The notes under the pieces: generated by a model
Told to the model about the DNA's origin: nothing
The model's database searches: none
The model's input: only the letters and a program-made list of their open reading frames with translations
Part shown: positions 1-9,281 of the stretch, one piece after another
Layout: each line of letters opens with the position of its first letter
Numbering within the stretch: position 1 is the stretch's first letter
Origin: a virus
Taxonomy: Duplodnaviria > Caudoviricetes
Length of the DNA stretch: 50,000 nt
Reading direction: 5' to 3' (one strand)
IMG/VR virus record: IMGVR_UViG_3300020045_012733
Span: 1 to 50,000 of that record
Translations under genes and position numbers: made by a program

Positions 1-47
1 TGATTTTGTTTTTCAAAGGTATATAATTTTTATGAATTAAAAAGTGT

Positions 48-94
48 TGTTTCTTTTAAGATACATTTTTTTGATTTGTTGCTTTCTTGAAACA
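48..94. promoter_or_regulatory. Two 17-bp operator-like boxes (TGTTTC-N5-AGCAAC family)
   Basis: tgtttcttttaagatac at 48-64 and inverted gttgctttcttgaaaca at 78-94; the same motif occurs four times at 47723-47831. Confidence 0.6.
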
Positions 95-162
95 AAAAAA
101 CCCTAAACGATTTCTTATGTCGGTTAGGGTTTTAAATTTCAATCATGGCTATTGCAAATGTA
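94..162 (-). ncRNA. Candidate small RNA (promoter, about 60 nt, intrinsic terminator)
   Basis: -7 box TACATTTG at 155-162, then hairpin ACCCTAA...TTAGGGT with a U-tract; no sizeable ORF. Confidence 0.45.
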
Positions 163-168
163 GAAATT

Positions 169-381
169 TTATTCAATTAATTGCAAATTTTCCGCCATTT
201 CTGAATCTTTTGTAAATTCTCTTATTCCGCTTTGTGGCTCTTTTCCGCTTACCATAAGATAATCAATCTTGTTTCTTTTTGGATAAACCTCAATAACGCT
301 TCCTTTTTCTGGAACTGAACTATCCATTGTTTTAATTCCTTTGAATTTGTAATGCTGACCTTTTTTAAATGTGTTTTTCAT
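169..381 (-). CDS. Hypothetical phage protein
   Basis: 70-aa ORF in a tightly packed operon. Confidence 0.75.
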   Translation of the reverse strand: MKNTFKKGQHYKFKGIKTMDSSVPEKGSVIEVYPKRNKIDYLMVSGKEPQSGIREFTKDSEMAENLQLIE

Positions 382-389
382 TTTTTTTA

Positions 390-668
390 TTATTTTAAAT
401 TATTAATTAATTCTTCTTTGGATAAAAAAACCTCGCTTCTCATTACTTTTAAAGGTTCTTCTTTAATTAGAAAATCGCTTTTTGAATCCATTTGACTTTT
501 AATATTTTCTAATTGTTTTTGAGTTGCTAAATAAACATAATCGTCATTTATTCCTAATGATGAATCTGTGAACCCGTATAATATTTTCACAATCTCATAA
601 CCAACTACATACAAACTCTCAATTCTGTTATTATTAATTAGCCAAACTAATTGATTTATTTCTAACAT
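390..668 (-). CDS. Hypothetical phage protein
   Basis: 92-aa ORF overlapping its neighbour. Confidence 0.75.
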   Translation of the reverse strand: MLEINQLVWLINNNRIESLYVVGYEIVKILYGFTDSSLGINDDYVYLATQKQLENIKSQMDSKSDFLIKEEPLKVMRSEVFLSKEELINNLK

Positions 669-919
669 TCTTTACCTCTTTTTAAGTTAATATTAATCTC
701 AAATCCTATTGCTTCTGCAATCATTAAAAAAGTCAATGCGCTTGGTTCTTTTGAAACATTAAAAAACTTCCAAACTATCGAGCTTTTAATACCAGATTTT
801 ATTGAAATTTCTTTTATGCTAATCTTATTCAATCTAATGTGTTTTTTCATTAGTAAAACTTGATATTGCAAACGCTTTGATGCTTTTTGTTTTTCTAAAC
901 TCATCTTACTTTTTATCAA
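662..919 (-). CDS. XRE-type helix-turn-helix protein
   Basis: ISIKEISIKSGIKSSIVWKFF...EPSALTFLMIAEAIG matches an HTH_XRE pattern. Confidence 0.7.
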   Translation of the reverse strand: MIKSKMSLEKQKASKRLQYQVLLMKKHIRLNKISIKEISIKSGIKSSIVWKFFNVSKEPSALTFLMIAEAIGFEININLKRGKEC

Positions 920-1118
920 AATTTTGAATGGTTTCTTTTATTTTTTTATACTCGTTTATTTTGTCTTTAATTTCATCGTTTTGCTCCAACTCTTGCAACG
1001 CTTCAATTATTCCAAAAATATGCAATACGCTTAATCTAATAGCGTGTTTTCTTGTAATCATTCGACCACTTAACCAAAATGTATTGAAAATATCTAATGC
1101 TTTTTCTTGAATGTCCAT
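906..1118 (-). CDS. Hypothetical phage protein
   Basis: 70-aa ORF abutting the upstream gene. Confidence 0.75.
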   Translation of the reverse strand: MDIQEKALDIFNTFWLSGRMITRKHAIRLSVLHIFGIIEALQELEQNDEIKDKINEYKKIKETIQNFDKK

Positions 1119-2621
1119 TTATTTAAGTTTTTCTGATAATTCATTTTTAAACACTTCAACTATTTCATCAATAGTAATTAATCCAATTTCAAAAGCATTA
1201 TTAATATCATCAACTGATAAATCTTCATCTTCTTTTCTATCGTAATACAAAAGGTCTGAAACTAAATCTTTAACATTATCAATAATCATTAGTTTTGTTG
1301 CAGTTTCTTCTGTTGAAAACTCTTTATTATCATTTTTAGGTTCAAAACTAATTGTACTCTCTAAATCTTCTTTTGCTTCTTTGTCAAAGTCTGAATGCAT
1401 TTCTGCTCCTTCTTCTTTTACTGCAATTCCGTTTCCTAAATCTCTAACAAAACAGTTTTCTGGAATATCAACAACTTCTGCATTTTCAATTTCTTTAACT
1501 GATATTTTAACATCATTTAAATCATTTTCAACAACATCTAAATCATTAACATTTTCATCATTTACTTCAACTTCTTTTGGTTCTGCTTTGTTCCAATCTT
1601 CAATTTCTTTTTTAAAGTATTCAACTTTATCATTAAATTCTAAATCCGTTAAGTTATTCAATTCATCGAATGTTATTTTAACTAATATAACATCTGTATC
1701 AGTTGCGTAAATCCAACTTTTTAAGGCATCGTTTCCAAATAAACCTATTAATTCAATTGCTTTTTTTCTAAAGTAGAATTTAGCACATTTTAATTCAATT
1801 GCATAATCTTCAATAGAAAGTTCCCCAAGTGCTTTTTCTCCTTTGTATTTATAATCGTAATCAAACAACTCGCTCATTCTTTCATTAGTCAGTTTTGCAA
1901 CTTCTAAAGCTCTATTTGATTCTTGTAAATCTTTTTCAGTTGTTAAAGTTCTAATTAAAGTATCGAAATCCTCTGATTTTTCATCAACCATTGATCTATA
2001 AACTAATTCATAATCTTGTAAATCAATTGTTTTATCGGCTATTGAATTATCGTAAACTGATAAAATAGCATTAAATTGCTTTTCGTTTTCTTCAATATCT
2101 GAAAACTCTTTTGTTGAATCAATTATGCTTTGTAAATCAGTAGCAACTACATCAACTATTTTTTGAAGTTTTTCTTTTCGTTCGTTTTCTTTGTTTTCCT
2201 TTTCTAATCTTTCGTTTTCACGTCTTTTATCCTCGCTTTCTAAACGATTTGTAATTTTAGTTTCAATTGGTTCAACTATCAAAGTTAACTCATCTTTGAC
2301 TACTTTACTGCTTTTAGATGCTTGAGCTAAAACCGAACTATTATGTTTTGTGATTTTATCAAGTGCTATTCTCGGTTCTTTATGAATTTGTCTTAATTCT
2401 TTTAAACGAGTTTCTTCTTTTGTGGTTAACTTTTCCTTTGCAATAAGCTCATCAATTTCTTTTGAATGCTTTTTTACTAATGCGGTCAAATTCTTTTTAA
2501 CGTTTGCCTTTGTGAATGAAATCAAAACTCCTTCACTTTCTTTTAAAACCTCGTTAATTGGTTTCTGTTGTAATGCAATTTCTTTTGTTGCAAATCCCTC
2601 AATTTTTAATAATTCTGCCAT
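1119..2621 (-). CDS. Coiled-coil acidic phage protein (DUF1351-like N-terminus, tentative)
   Basis: 500 aa, E/K-rich heptads. Confidence 0.6.
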   Translation of the reverse strand: MAELLKIEGFATKEIALQQKPINEVLKESEGVLISFTKANVKKNLTALVKKHSKEIDELIAKEKLTTKEETRLKELRQIHKEPRIALDKITKHNSSVLAQASKSSKVVKDELTLIVEPIETKITNRLESEDKRRENERLEKENKENERKEKLQKIVDVVATDLQSIIDSTKEFSDIEENEKQFNAILSVYDNSIADKTIDLQDYELVYRSMVDEKSEDFDTLIRTLTTEKDLQESNRALEVAKLTNERMSELFDYDYKYKGEKALGELSIEDYAIELKCAKFYFRKKAIELIGLFGNDALKSWIYATDTDVILVKITFDELNNLTDLEFNDKVEYFKKEIEDWNKAEPKEVEVNDENVNDLDVVENDLNDVKISVKEIENAEVVDIPENCFVRDLGNGIAVKEEGAEMHSDFDKEAKEDLESTISFEPKNDNKEFSTEETATKLMIIDNVKDLVSDLLYYDRKEDEDLSVDDINNAFEIGLITIDEIVEVFKNELSEKLK

Positions 2622-2637
2622 AATTTCTAATTTGTTT

Positions 2638-2916
2638 TTAATGAATGTATCTTTTTGTTTTTGTGAATCTTATTTGTTTTTCTTTTTCGATGCAACTTGC
2701 TATAGCTTTTATTGTATTTATTAAAATTTCAATTATTTTCTTTTGCCTGTCTATTTTGTTTTCAAAAATAGTACTATTAATTATTGAAATCTGAATTGAT
2801 GAAGTTGAAGTAATAAGGATTAATTTTTGTTTTAGAAAAGAAATATATTTTCTTTTTTGTCTTAATATTTTTGGCTTTTTATTCTTATGAATCGAATAAT
2901 AATTTACTTTTCCCAT
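2638..2916 (-). CDS. Hypothetical basic protein
   Basis: 92-aa ORF overlapping the upstream gene. Confidence 0.55.
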   Translation of the reverse strand: MGKVNYYSIHKNKKPKILRQKRKYISFLKQKLILITSTSSIQISIINSTIFENKIDRQKKIIEILINTIKAIASCIEKEKQIRFTKTKRYIH

Positions 2917-3206
2917 TCTGGTAGTTGTTCAAGTGTTAAAAAATTTAGTTTTGAATCTCTAATGTGCCAAGTAACATGATGTACTATTGTTTGAATGTTT
3001 TTGTTTATTATGTCTGCTTTGTAAATTTCTTGATTGAAATTTCTAATTTGTGTAAATTGATTAAAATCGTACCAATGACAACCACTACTGCCTATTTTCT
3101 CTGGAATTAAAGATAGTTTTTCTGCTCTATTTCTAACTTTTTTATGACTTATTCCTAAAATAGTGGCAATATCATTAACGTTGTATCTTTTGGTATTTCC
3201 TTTCAT
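2904..3206 (-). CDS. DNA-binding HTH protein (excisionase/MerR-like)
   Basis: YNVNDIATILGISHKKVRNRA. Confidence 0.6.
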   Translation of the reverse strand: MKGNTKRYNVNDIATILGISHKKVRNRAEKLSLIPEKIGSSGCHWYDFNQFTQIRNFNQEIYKADIINKNIQTIVHHVTWHIRDSKLNFLTLEQLPEWEK

Positions 3207-3210
3207 TTTA

Positions 3211-3462
3211 CTACAAATTTGGTTTATAATTTTTTCTAATAACCGTATGTACTTTATTGGATAAATCTTGAAAATAAGTAGAACTTTTTACTTATGGAAT
3301 ATCGATTAAAGCGTTGTTAACTTCTTCACAACTATTTGTTAGTAAATCTTTGTAAGTAATAGCTTCTTTTGATGTTGGTTGTAACTCATCCAAAACTTCT
3401 AAAGTTAAGTTTGACAATACAACTAACAAATGGCATAACTCGGATTTTCTTTTTGGGTTCAT
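3211..3462 (-). pseudogene. Hypothetical gene interrupted by an in-frame TAA at 3292-3294
   Basis: The frame continues VKSSTYFQDLSNKVHTVIRKNYKPNL to TAG at 3211, 4 nt before the next ATG at 3206. Confidence 0.55.
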
Positions 3463-3761
3463 TTTAAATGATGTTTTATACAATCTTGTTTGTTTTCAAA
3501 TATTAAATCTTGACCTTTCAATTTTAAGTCGATTTTAAGGACTTTTGCAATTCTTACGGCTTGACTTCTGTCTTTTTGTATTATCATAAATCCTGCGCAT
3601 TGTTTTCGCTCTTTTAGAGTGCCTTTTGTAGTTTTATGACAAACGAAACTATCACTTTCTAATATTTCAGTCATTCGCTCCGAACCTAACCAACCTTTTA
3701 AACTATCCTTACGAAAAGGACAATCTTTACAAGGTGTTTGAATTATTGGCAATTTGCTCAT
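3459..3761 (-). CDS. Cys-rich phage protein (DUF6283-like); probable start 3761
   Basis: PCKDCPFRKD...FVCHKT...QCAG motifs. Confidence 0.65.
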   Translation of the reverse strand: MSKLPIIQTPCKDCPFRKDSLKGWLGSERMTEILESDSFVCHKTTKGTLKERKQCAGFMIIQKDRSQAVRIAKVLKIDLKLKGQDLIFENKQDCIKHHLK

Positions 3762-4230
3762 TGATGAAATTTTGTAAATCTGGTTCTTTGTATTTTTTAA
3801 CTTCTTCAATCCATTCTGAACTACAATGAATATCGTCATGTTGCAATCCATTTCCTAACCAACTTCTACTACGTTTTACTTTTTCAATTGTGTATGGAAT
3901 TGGTATTTTAATTTCTTGTAATACTTCTGTTTTTACTTTTCTGTATTTATCGTTTTTACGAATGAATTTTAGTTTAGGTAAAATGTAGAAATATTCTTTT
4001 TCAATAATTAAAGTGTTTGTTTTTGTTTTTATTTTAGTTTTTACTTTTGATTGAATTGGATTAATTCCTTTTACCAAATCTTCAATTAAACTTGAAACTT
4101 TTAAACCTTTTTCTAAAAGCCAATTATAATAATTTTTATCTGTTTGAATTATATATTGTAATTCTTTGCCTTGATATTTTCCAAACGTTAAAATATCATT
4201 AGGAAAATTAATTGTTTTATTGATACTCAT
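3727..4230 (-). CDS. Protein with N-terminal FGKY domain (DUF3820/exonuclease X C-terminal-like)
   Basis: LTFGKYQGKELQYI...YYNWLLE. Confidence 0.6.
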   Translation of the reverse strand: MSINKTINFPNDILTFGKYQGKELQYIIQTDKNYYNWLLEKGLKVSSLIEDLVKGINPIQSKVKTKIKTKTNTLIIEKEYFYILPKLKFIRKNDKYRKVKTEVLQEIKIPIPYTIEKVKRSRSWLGNGLQHDDIHCSSEWIEEVKKYKEPDLQNFINEQIANNSNTL

Positions 4231-4231
4231 T

Positions 4232-4591
4232 TTAAAAAAGGTTAGTTTGTGATTTTGCTAATTCCCTTGCTTTTGCAGTTTCTTCTGAAAGTCTTTTTTT
4301 ACTTTGCATTTCGCTATATTCTTTTGAAATCCATTGCTTAATCATTCTTCCATGAGCTTCTTTAAATTTTGTTTTTACAAAATCGTTATTATCTTTTATT
4401 AAACCTTGTTTTGATAATTCTCTAAAAACATTTCCAAAAACATTTGAGTTCTTTGGCTTTTTATTTTTTCTAAAATACTCAATTTTTAAATCATCTGAAG
4501 TGAATGGCTTCATTTGTTTTTTTACCCATTCTTTTGAAAATTCAAGAAGTTTAAGATAATATTCTTTGTTTTCTGAAATTGGTTTTTTCAT
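4232..4591 (-). CDS. Hypothetical, possible winged-helix protein
   Basis: 119 aa; first gene behind the duplicated promoter. Confidence 0.7.
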   Translation of the reverse strand: MKKPISENKEYYLKLLEFSKEWVKKQMKPFTSDDLKIEYFRKNKKPKNSNVFGNVFRELSKQGLIKDNNDFVKTKFKEAHGRMIKQWISKEYSEMQSKKRLSEETAKARELAKSQTNLF

Positions 4592-4600
4592 TTTATTTTG

Positions 4601-4664
4601 TGTTTGTATGATGCAAATGTAGTGTTTTATTTTAAATTCACTAACTTTTTTTAAGTTTTTTTTA
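4601..4664 (-). promoter_or_regulatory. Bacteroidota-type promoter; 64-bp exact repeat, copy 1
   Basis: TTAG-N19-TACATTTG; identical to 21408-21471. Confidence 0.85.
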
Positions 4665-6224
4665 TTATAGTTTAAATTTTTGAATTATTGCAGCAAGTAC
4701 TCCAACACAAATTGAATTTCCTGCTTGTTTGTAAAGTTGACTATCTGATATTAATTTAGATTCGATTGTTTTGTCAATCATTTCCAGATTAAAGTCCATC
4801 AAATTAAAACATTCTCTTGGAGTTAATCTGCGGATTCTTTGAGTTATCATTGCATTTCTTTTTACCGATGCAATATACTCATCACTTGAACCTGCTCTAC
4901 CAATTGCGTTAGTAATACAACCCGCTATGTTTTCATCTACTTGCAAATTTTCTAATTTTTCAAGTTGTTGCTTTGAAAGTTTTTTTGTAACAATACCTTG
5001 ATTACATTGCGTATCTAAAGTTTGACTTACTTTTTTACCAACTCGACCTCGCCTTGTTTTACTACTTGGAACACTGAAATTTATTGAATCTTCTTCTTCT
5101 GCTTGGTCAAAGCCTTTTGAGTTGTTTGTGGATATTTTAATTACATTCATTCCTGAGCCATCTTCTCTTGCTCTTGCTAAAATAGTAGGCGAAACTCCGT
5201 CTTCTAATTCTTGAAAACCTTTTTTATTACCATTTTCGTCTTTAAAATCATTCCATTTTCCAATTTTAACATGATGCATATTAGCTGAACTAATAGTTGT
5301 TAAAATACTTGGAGAAACTTCGGTACGTGTTGTTTTGTTATAACTATCAATTATACAATCTTCATCCGGAATATCTTTTGTATTTAAAGTTTCATTTAGT
5401 CGCTTGTTTCCAAAATTAGCTTGAATTTTAAAAAACTCTTGGTCTGTTGACATTTTGTGTTGGTTTGCTAAAACACAATTTGCTATGTTTTTTTCTGTTG
5501 GATTTGTAAAAGGCAAACTTCTTGGTGCTTTTTGAAGATAATCAATCATTTTATCACTCAAAAAGTACTTTTCATCAACTTCACTTTCTAATACGTCTTT
5601 CAATCTTTTTTCTAATGGAAATGGCTTTGGAAATTGAAAGTCATTATCTTCATCATCACGAATACCAATGATAAAAATACGTTCTCTATTTTGAGGAACT
5701 CCAAAATCTTTGGCATTTATAACTTGAAAATAAATGTGATACGGAACAGAATCTTCGTAAGGGAAAAACGTATGCACTCCATTAACCGATTTACCTCCTA
5801 AATAGTTTATCCATTCCTGAAACGTTCTGCCAAATTCTGCATTTTTATCAACTTTGTCGTGTGAAAGCAATCCTTTTACATTCTCGAAAATAAAGTATCT
5901 TGGCTTGTTAATTTGAATAAATTCCAATGAATTAAAAAACAATATACCTCGTTTATCTTCTTTGCCTAAGCGTTTTCCTGCTAAACTAAATGATTGGCAA
6001 GGAGGCGATGTCATATAAATATCTAAACTTTCACTTGGTATTTCACGCTCGTAAACATCTTTAGGAAAATACTTTGGAGTGCCAAAATTTAACTCAAATG
6101 TTTGCCTTGCGTACTTATCCATATCACAAGCAAATAATTCATCGTATTCAATTCCTAAACGAATCAACGCTTGGTTAAATGCTCCTACTCCAGAAAAATC
6201 TGAACCTACTTTTATTTTTTTCAT
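4665..6224 (-). CDS. C5-cytosine DNA methyltransferase with long variable region
   Basis: Motif I DFSGVG, motif IV PPCQSFS, ENV, QNRERIF, C-terminal RRLTPREC and YKQAGNS. Confidence 0.95.
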   Translation of the reverse strand: MKKIKVGSDFSGVGAFNQALIRLGIEYDELFACDMDKYARQTFELNFGTPKYFPKDVYEREIPSESLDIYMTSPPCQSFSLAGKRLGKEDKRGILFFNSLEFIQINKPRYFIFENVKGLLSHDKVDKNAEFGRTFQEWINYLGGKSVNGVHTFFPYEDSVPYHIYFQVINAKDFGVPQNRERIFIIGIRDDEDNDFQFPKPFPLEKRLKDVLESEVDEKYFLSDKMIDYLQKAPRSLPFTNPTEKNIANCVLANQHKMSTDQEFFKIQANFGNKRLNETLNTKDIPDEDCIIDSYNKTTRTEVSPSILTTISSANMHHVKIGKWNDFKDENGNKKGFQELEDGVSPTILARAREDGSGMNVIKISTNNSKGFDQAEEEDSINFSVPSSKTRRGRVGKKVSQTLDTQCNQGIVTKKLSKQQLEKLENLQVDENIAGCITNAIGRAGSSDEYIASVKRNAMITQRIRRLTPRECFNLMDFNLEMIDKTIESKLISDSQLYKQAGNSICVGVLAAIIQKFKL

Positions 6225-6227
6225 AAT

Positions 6228-6425
6228 TTATTTTGTTTCTTCAAAACTTGAAAATCCTTTTTGATAGTTAATATACTTCCACCCTTCTTTTTTCTTTATT
6301 TTAAGAGCTTCTTCAAAAGTTTTAGTAATCTTTATTACTCTATCTTTTTTAATGCAAATTATCTCTATTTCTGTGCTTAATGGTAGTTGATGGTGGCTTT
6401 CGGTTTCTTCTTTATTCTTTGCCAT
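6228..6425 (-). CDS. Hypothetical phage protein
   Basis: 65-aa ORF. Confidence 0.7.
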   Translation of the reverse strand: MAKNKEETESHHQLPLSTEIEIICIKKDRVIKITKTFEEALKIKKKEGWKYINYQKGFSSFEETK

Positions 6426-6446
6426 TTAATTATTGTGATTTGATAA

Positions 6447-6502
6447 AAAATTTACGTAATCTAATTTAATACTTTTATAATTAATATGATTACGTAAATT
6501 TT
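6447..6502. repeat. Perfect 15-bp inverted repeat with TTACGTAA cores
   Basis: aaaatttacgtaatc (6447-6461) and gattacgtaaatttt (6488-6502). Confidence 0.8.
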
Positions 6503-6519
6503 ATTGTAAATATTAGTAA

Positions 6520-6717
6520 TTAAAAAGGAGTATTTATTTCTGTTTTTGGAATTTCAATCCATGCAAAAACTCTACTATTTGATGGTGTTATCCATTCGTT
6601 ATTTTTAAATTCTGCAACTTCATATTGCAAGTCTTCATTTTTAATTAAGTATTTACCCTCTTTTTTTGGTGGATACATTTCTCTTGTGTAACCACATTTT
6701 TCTTTTTTATTTGCCAT
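6520..6717 (-). CDS. Small phage protein (DUF551-like)
   Basis: PPKKEGKYLI...VAEF...W...VFAWIEIP. Confidence 0.6.
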   Translation of the reverse strand: MANKKEKCGYTREMYPPKKEGKYLIKNEDLQYEVAEFKNNEWITPSNSRVFAWIEIPKTEINTPF

Positions 6718-6722
6718 TTTTT

Positions 6723-7433
6723 CTATTTATTATCAATTAATGATTTATGAATTAATGCTATTCCTTTTTGTGTTGCATAAGTTGTAGAAACTAATTTTTT
6801 AAAACTTTTATTTTCTACCATTGTTTCAACAACTTTAAAACTTCCATTTTTAATGAATGTTTGTTTTGGGGTGTTTGAATTTAACAATATACCTAACTCT
6901 CTTAACTTTTGCATCATTGTATTTCTACCATAAGATAACTTTAAAATTTTACAAGTTTCTTCCATTGAAAACAATCCATCAGTTTCAAAACAAACATCTA
7001 CAAAGTCTGAACGAAATTGAAGTTTTTTATTTTCCTCAATTAATAGTGTTTTTTCTTCTTGTTCTTGTATCCATTTTTTTGCTCTTTCAATTGGATTTTC
7101 AATTTGATAACTTGGAGTTTGTAAAATCATTAATTGTTTCTCACATTTCAAAAAATAATCTCTAATTTGATTTCCTTTTAATGATTTTGTTGTCATTGAT
7201 ATTTTTTTACTCATATCAATTGTAATAGCATAATCTTTAACAACGTTACCCTCGACATTAGTGTCGAACCCTATCCAATCAACATTTTCTTCAAAATATG
7301 GATTGTTTAAAATGTTCTTTTTTAACCATCTACTAATTTGTGTTTTGTCAAGTTCCAAAAATTTGTATAATTCTCTTGCAGAAACTACACTTTTACCATT
7401 TCCATCATCAAAAATTTTAATTAATTCACTCAT
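6723..7433 (-). CDS. Phage antirepressor (AntA/AntB N-terminal domain plus KilAC domain)
   Basis: VSARELYKFLE...DYAITIDMSKKISM...IRDYFLKCEK; C-terminal GRNTMMQKLRE...TYATQKG. Confidence 0.9.
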   Translation of the reverse strand: MSELIKIFDDGNGKSVVSARELYKFLELDKTQISRWLKKNILNNPYFEENVDWIGFDTNVEGNVVKDYAITIDMSKKISMTTKSLKGNQIRDYFLKCEKQLMILQTPSYQIENPIERAKKWIQEQEEKTLLIEENKKLQFRSDFVDVCFETDGLFSMEETCKILKLSYGRNTMMQKLRELGILLNSNTPKQTFIKNGSFKVVETMVENKSFKKLVSTTYATQKGIALIHKSLIDNK

Positions 7434-7445
7434 AACTTTTTTAAA

Positions 7446-7553
7446 TAAAAATTGCCAAAGGTTTCCGTGATGGTGGCACGTACTCCCTTTAGCAAATTAT
7501 TGATTTTTTATGTTTATGTTAAATCCACCATAGATAACACATTGACAAATATA
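7446..7553 (-). promoter_or_regulatory. Antirepressor promoter with attenuator-like leader
   Basis: -7 TATATTTG at 7546-7553; stem 7452-7461/7486-7495 with U-tract; loop CCACCAT complementary to upstream ATGGTGG. Confidence 0.55.
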
Positions 7554-7556
7554 CAA

Positions 7557-7976
7557 TTATATTTTTTCTTTTCCGCTAATTTTAGATAATTGATATTTTT
7601 TGCTTAATTCTGGATTATTTTCTAATTCTAAATTATGTTCTAAACAACAACCTGCCCAAGTATCAACATTCAAATAATTTATTCCACGTCCTGCACGATG
7701 TTCGATAGTTGTTGCTTTTTTATTGCAACCATCGATAAAACAAATACTATTTTCTTTTTTGGCTAAAAATTGAGTTCTTAAAACTGAATATTGAAGCATT
7801 TCTACTTTACGCTTTTTGCTAACTTTTGGTATAGTGTAAATCTTTTTTTCTTTTGGCTTTTCGTTTTTTGATGCACATTTCGGACTGCAATATTTGTCCG
7901 TAGTTCGGTATTTTTTAAATTCATTATTGCAATCTTTATCGTCGCAAATTCTAAATTCTTTTATTTTTATAGCCAT
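7557..7976 (-). CDS. Zn-binding NinG/HNH-like nuclease
   Basis: Cys clusters and ATTIEHRAGRG...CLEHN. Confidence 0.6.
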   Translation of the reverse strand: MAIKIKEFRICDDKDCNNEFKKYRTTDKYCSPKCASKNEKPKEKKIYTIPKVSKKRKVEMLQYSVLRTQFLAKKENSICFIDGCNKKATTIEHRAGRGINYLNVDTWAGCCLEHNLELENNPELSKKYQLSKISGKEKI

Positions 7977-7985
7977 AATTCAAAG

Positions 7986-8028
7986 TTTAAAAAACCATTT
8001 TCCCAACATTAGGAAAATGGTTTTTAAA
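7986..8028. terminator. Intrinsic terminator (bidirectional-looking)
   Basis: aaaaaccattttcc-loop-ggaaaatggttttt. Confidence 0.7.
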
Positions 8029-8035
8029 TTAATAA

Positions 8036-8656
8036 TTATCCTTGTTCTTGTTGTTCTTTATCTAAAATTGATGTTTGATTTGGGTCTGGTTCGTCTTTTT
8101 TCTTTTTAACTCCAAACTCGCCTTTAAATAGATAATTATAAGTTCTAACTTTTACTTCTTCAACTAATGCGATTAATTCTTCTGAATTGTCAACATTATC
8201 TGCATCAAAAAATATTTTAGGACTTGAATAACCATAACCTCCACCACTTTCAATTTTTCTATAACCAGAAATTTGCACTCCTGCATTTCCTCCGATTAAA
8301 AATTTTAAACCAGAAACATTATGATTTTCAACTTCTCTTTGATAACTATCTCTTGCAATTTTTGTAGCATCTAAATTACCTTTAATGTTATCTCTTGCAA
8401 AATCCCAACCATCCAAATGTCCAGAATGTTTAGCAAAAACTTCATTTAAAGCTGTTAATGATTCTTTAAATTTATCAGTTGGTAAATCTTTACCTTCTGG
8501 ATGTTCTGTTCTGTTTGGATTTTCTAAATTAATGTATCGAATATCTACATCTTTTTTATCGATAATTTTAACGCTTATCAATTCAAAGTTTTGATAATCT
8601 ACATTACTTTTTTTAATCTGTTTTACTACTTTTTTTTCTTTTGTTTCTTCATTCAT
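8036..8656 (-). CDS. Hypothetical phage protein
   Basis: 206-aa ORF. Confidence 0.8.
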   Translation of the reverse strand: MNEETKEKKVVKQIKKSNVDYQNFELISVKIIDKKDVDIRYINLENPNRTEHPEGKDLPTDKFKESLTALNEVFAKHSGHLDGWDFARDNIKGNLDATKIARDSYQREVENHNVSGLKFLIGGNAGVQISGYRKIESGGGYGYSSPKIFFDADNVDNSEELIALVEEVKVRTYNYLFKGEFGVKKKKDEPDPNQTSILDKEQQEQG

Positions 8657-8746
8657 TTTTACTAAAATTTAAAATTTATTATTCAGTTATATATCCTGCT
8701 AAAATCCATCGTTTATAATGGTATTTGTAATATGGTATTTTCATTT

Positions 8747-9280
8747 TTAAAATAAACTTTGGTTATCTTTATTTTGAATCCGTTCTAAAATCCAATTGTT
8801 ATCGTATTTCTCTTTTATCAAAGCAAATCTTAAAATACATAAACAATCTGCATTCCATAAATTTACTTGTGTTTGTGGGAACTCCTCTTGTGCGTAATTT
8901 TTGTAAATGTTTTTTCGTTCTGTCGAACTCATTCCTCTTGTTTTAAATCCTAATTGACTTTGCCACGTTTGAGAATAAACATCAATATAACGAAAACCAT
9001 AAAAAACTATTAAAGCAATTATCTCACTATGATTTTGAAGTAGCTTTTGAATTCTAAATTGTTTTCCTTTATTTTCTTCATCGGAATCACTCATAAACAT
9101 TTGAACTTTTTCAATGAAAACTAAAACATCATCGTTATTTTCTCTTACATAATCAAAATAGGTTTTTAAATCCCTTAAATCCTTTGGCATTCGAATAACG
9201 TGTTCTAATCTGTCTTTTTTCCAAATTGCAATACCTCCGTTCGCTCCTGGATCAATTGATATGTAAGTTGTAGTTTTCAT
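8747..9280 (-). CDS. RuvC-like Holliday junction resolvase
   Basis: ISIDPGANGGIA, VFIEKV, NADCLCI acidic catalytic pattern. Confidence 0.8.
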   Translation of the reverse strand: MKTTTYISIDPGANGGIAIWKKDRLEHVIRMPKDLRDLKTYFDYVRENNDDVLVFIEKVQMFMSDSDEENKGKQFRIQKLLQNHSEIIALIVFYGFRYIDVYSQTWQSQLGFKTRGMSSTERKNIYKNYAQEEFPQTQVNLWNADCLCILRFALIKEKYDNNWILERIQNKDNQSLF

Positions 9281-9281
9281 T

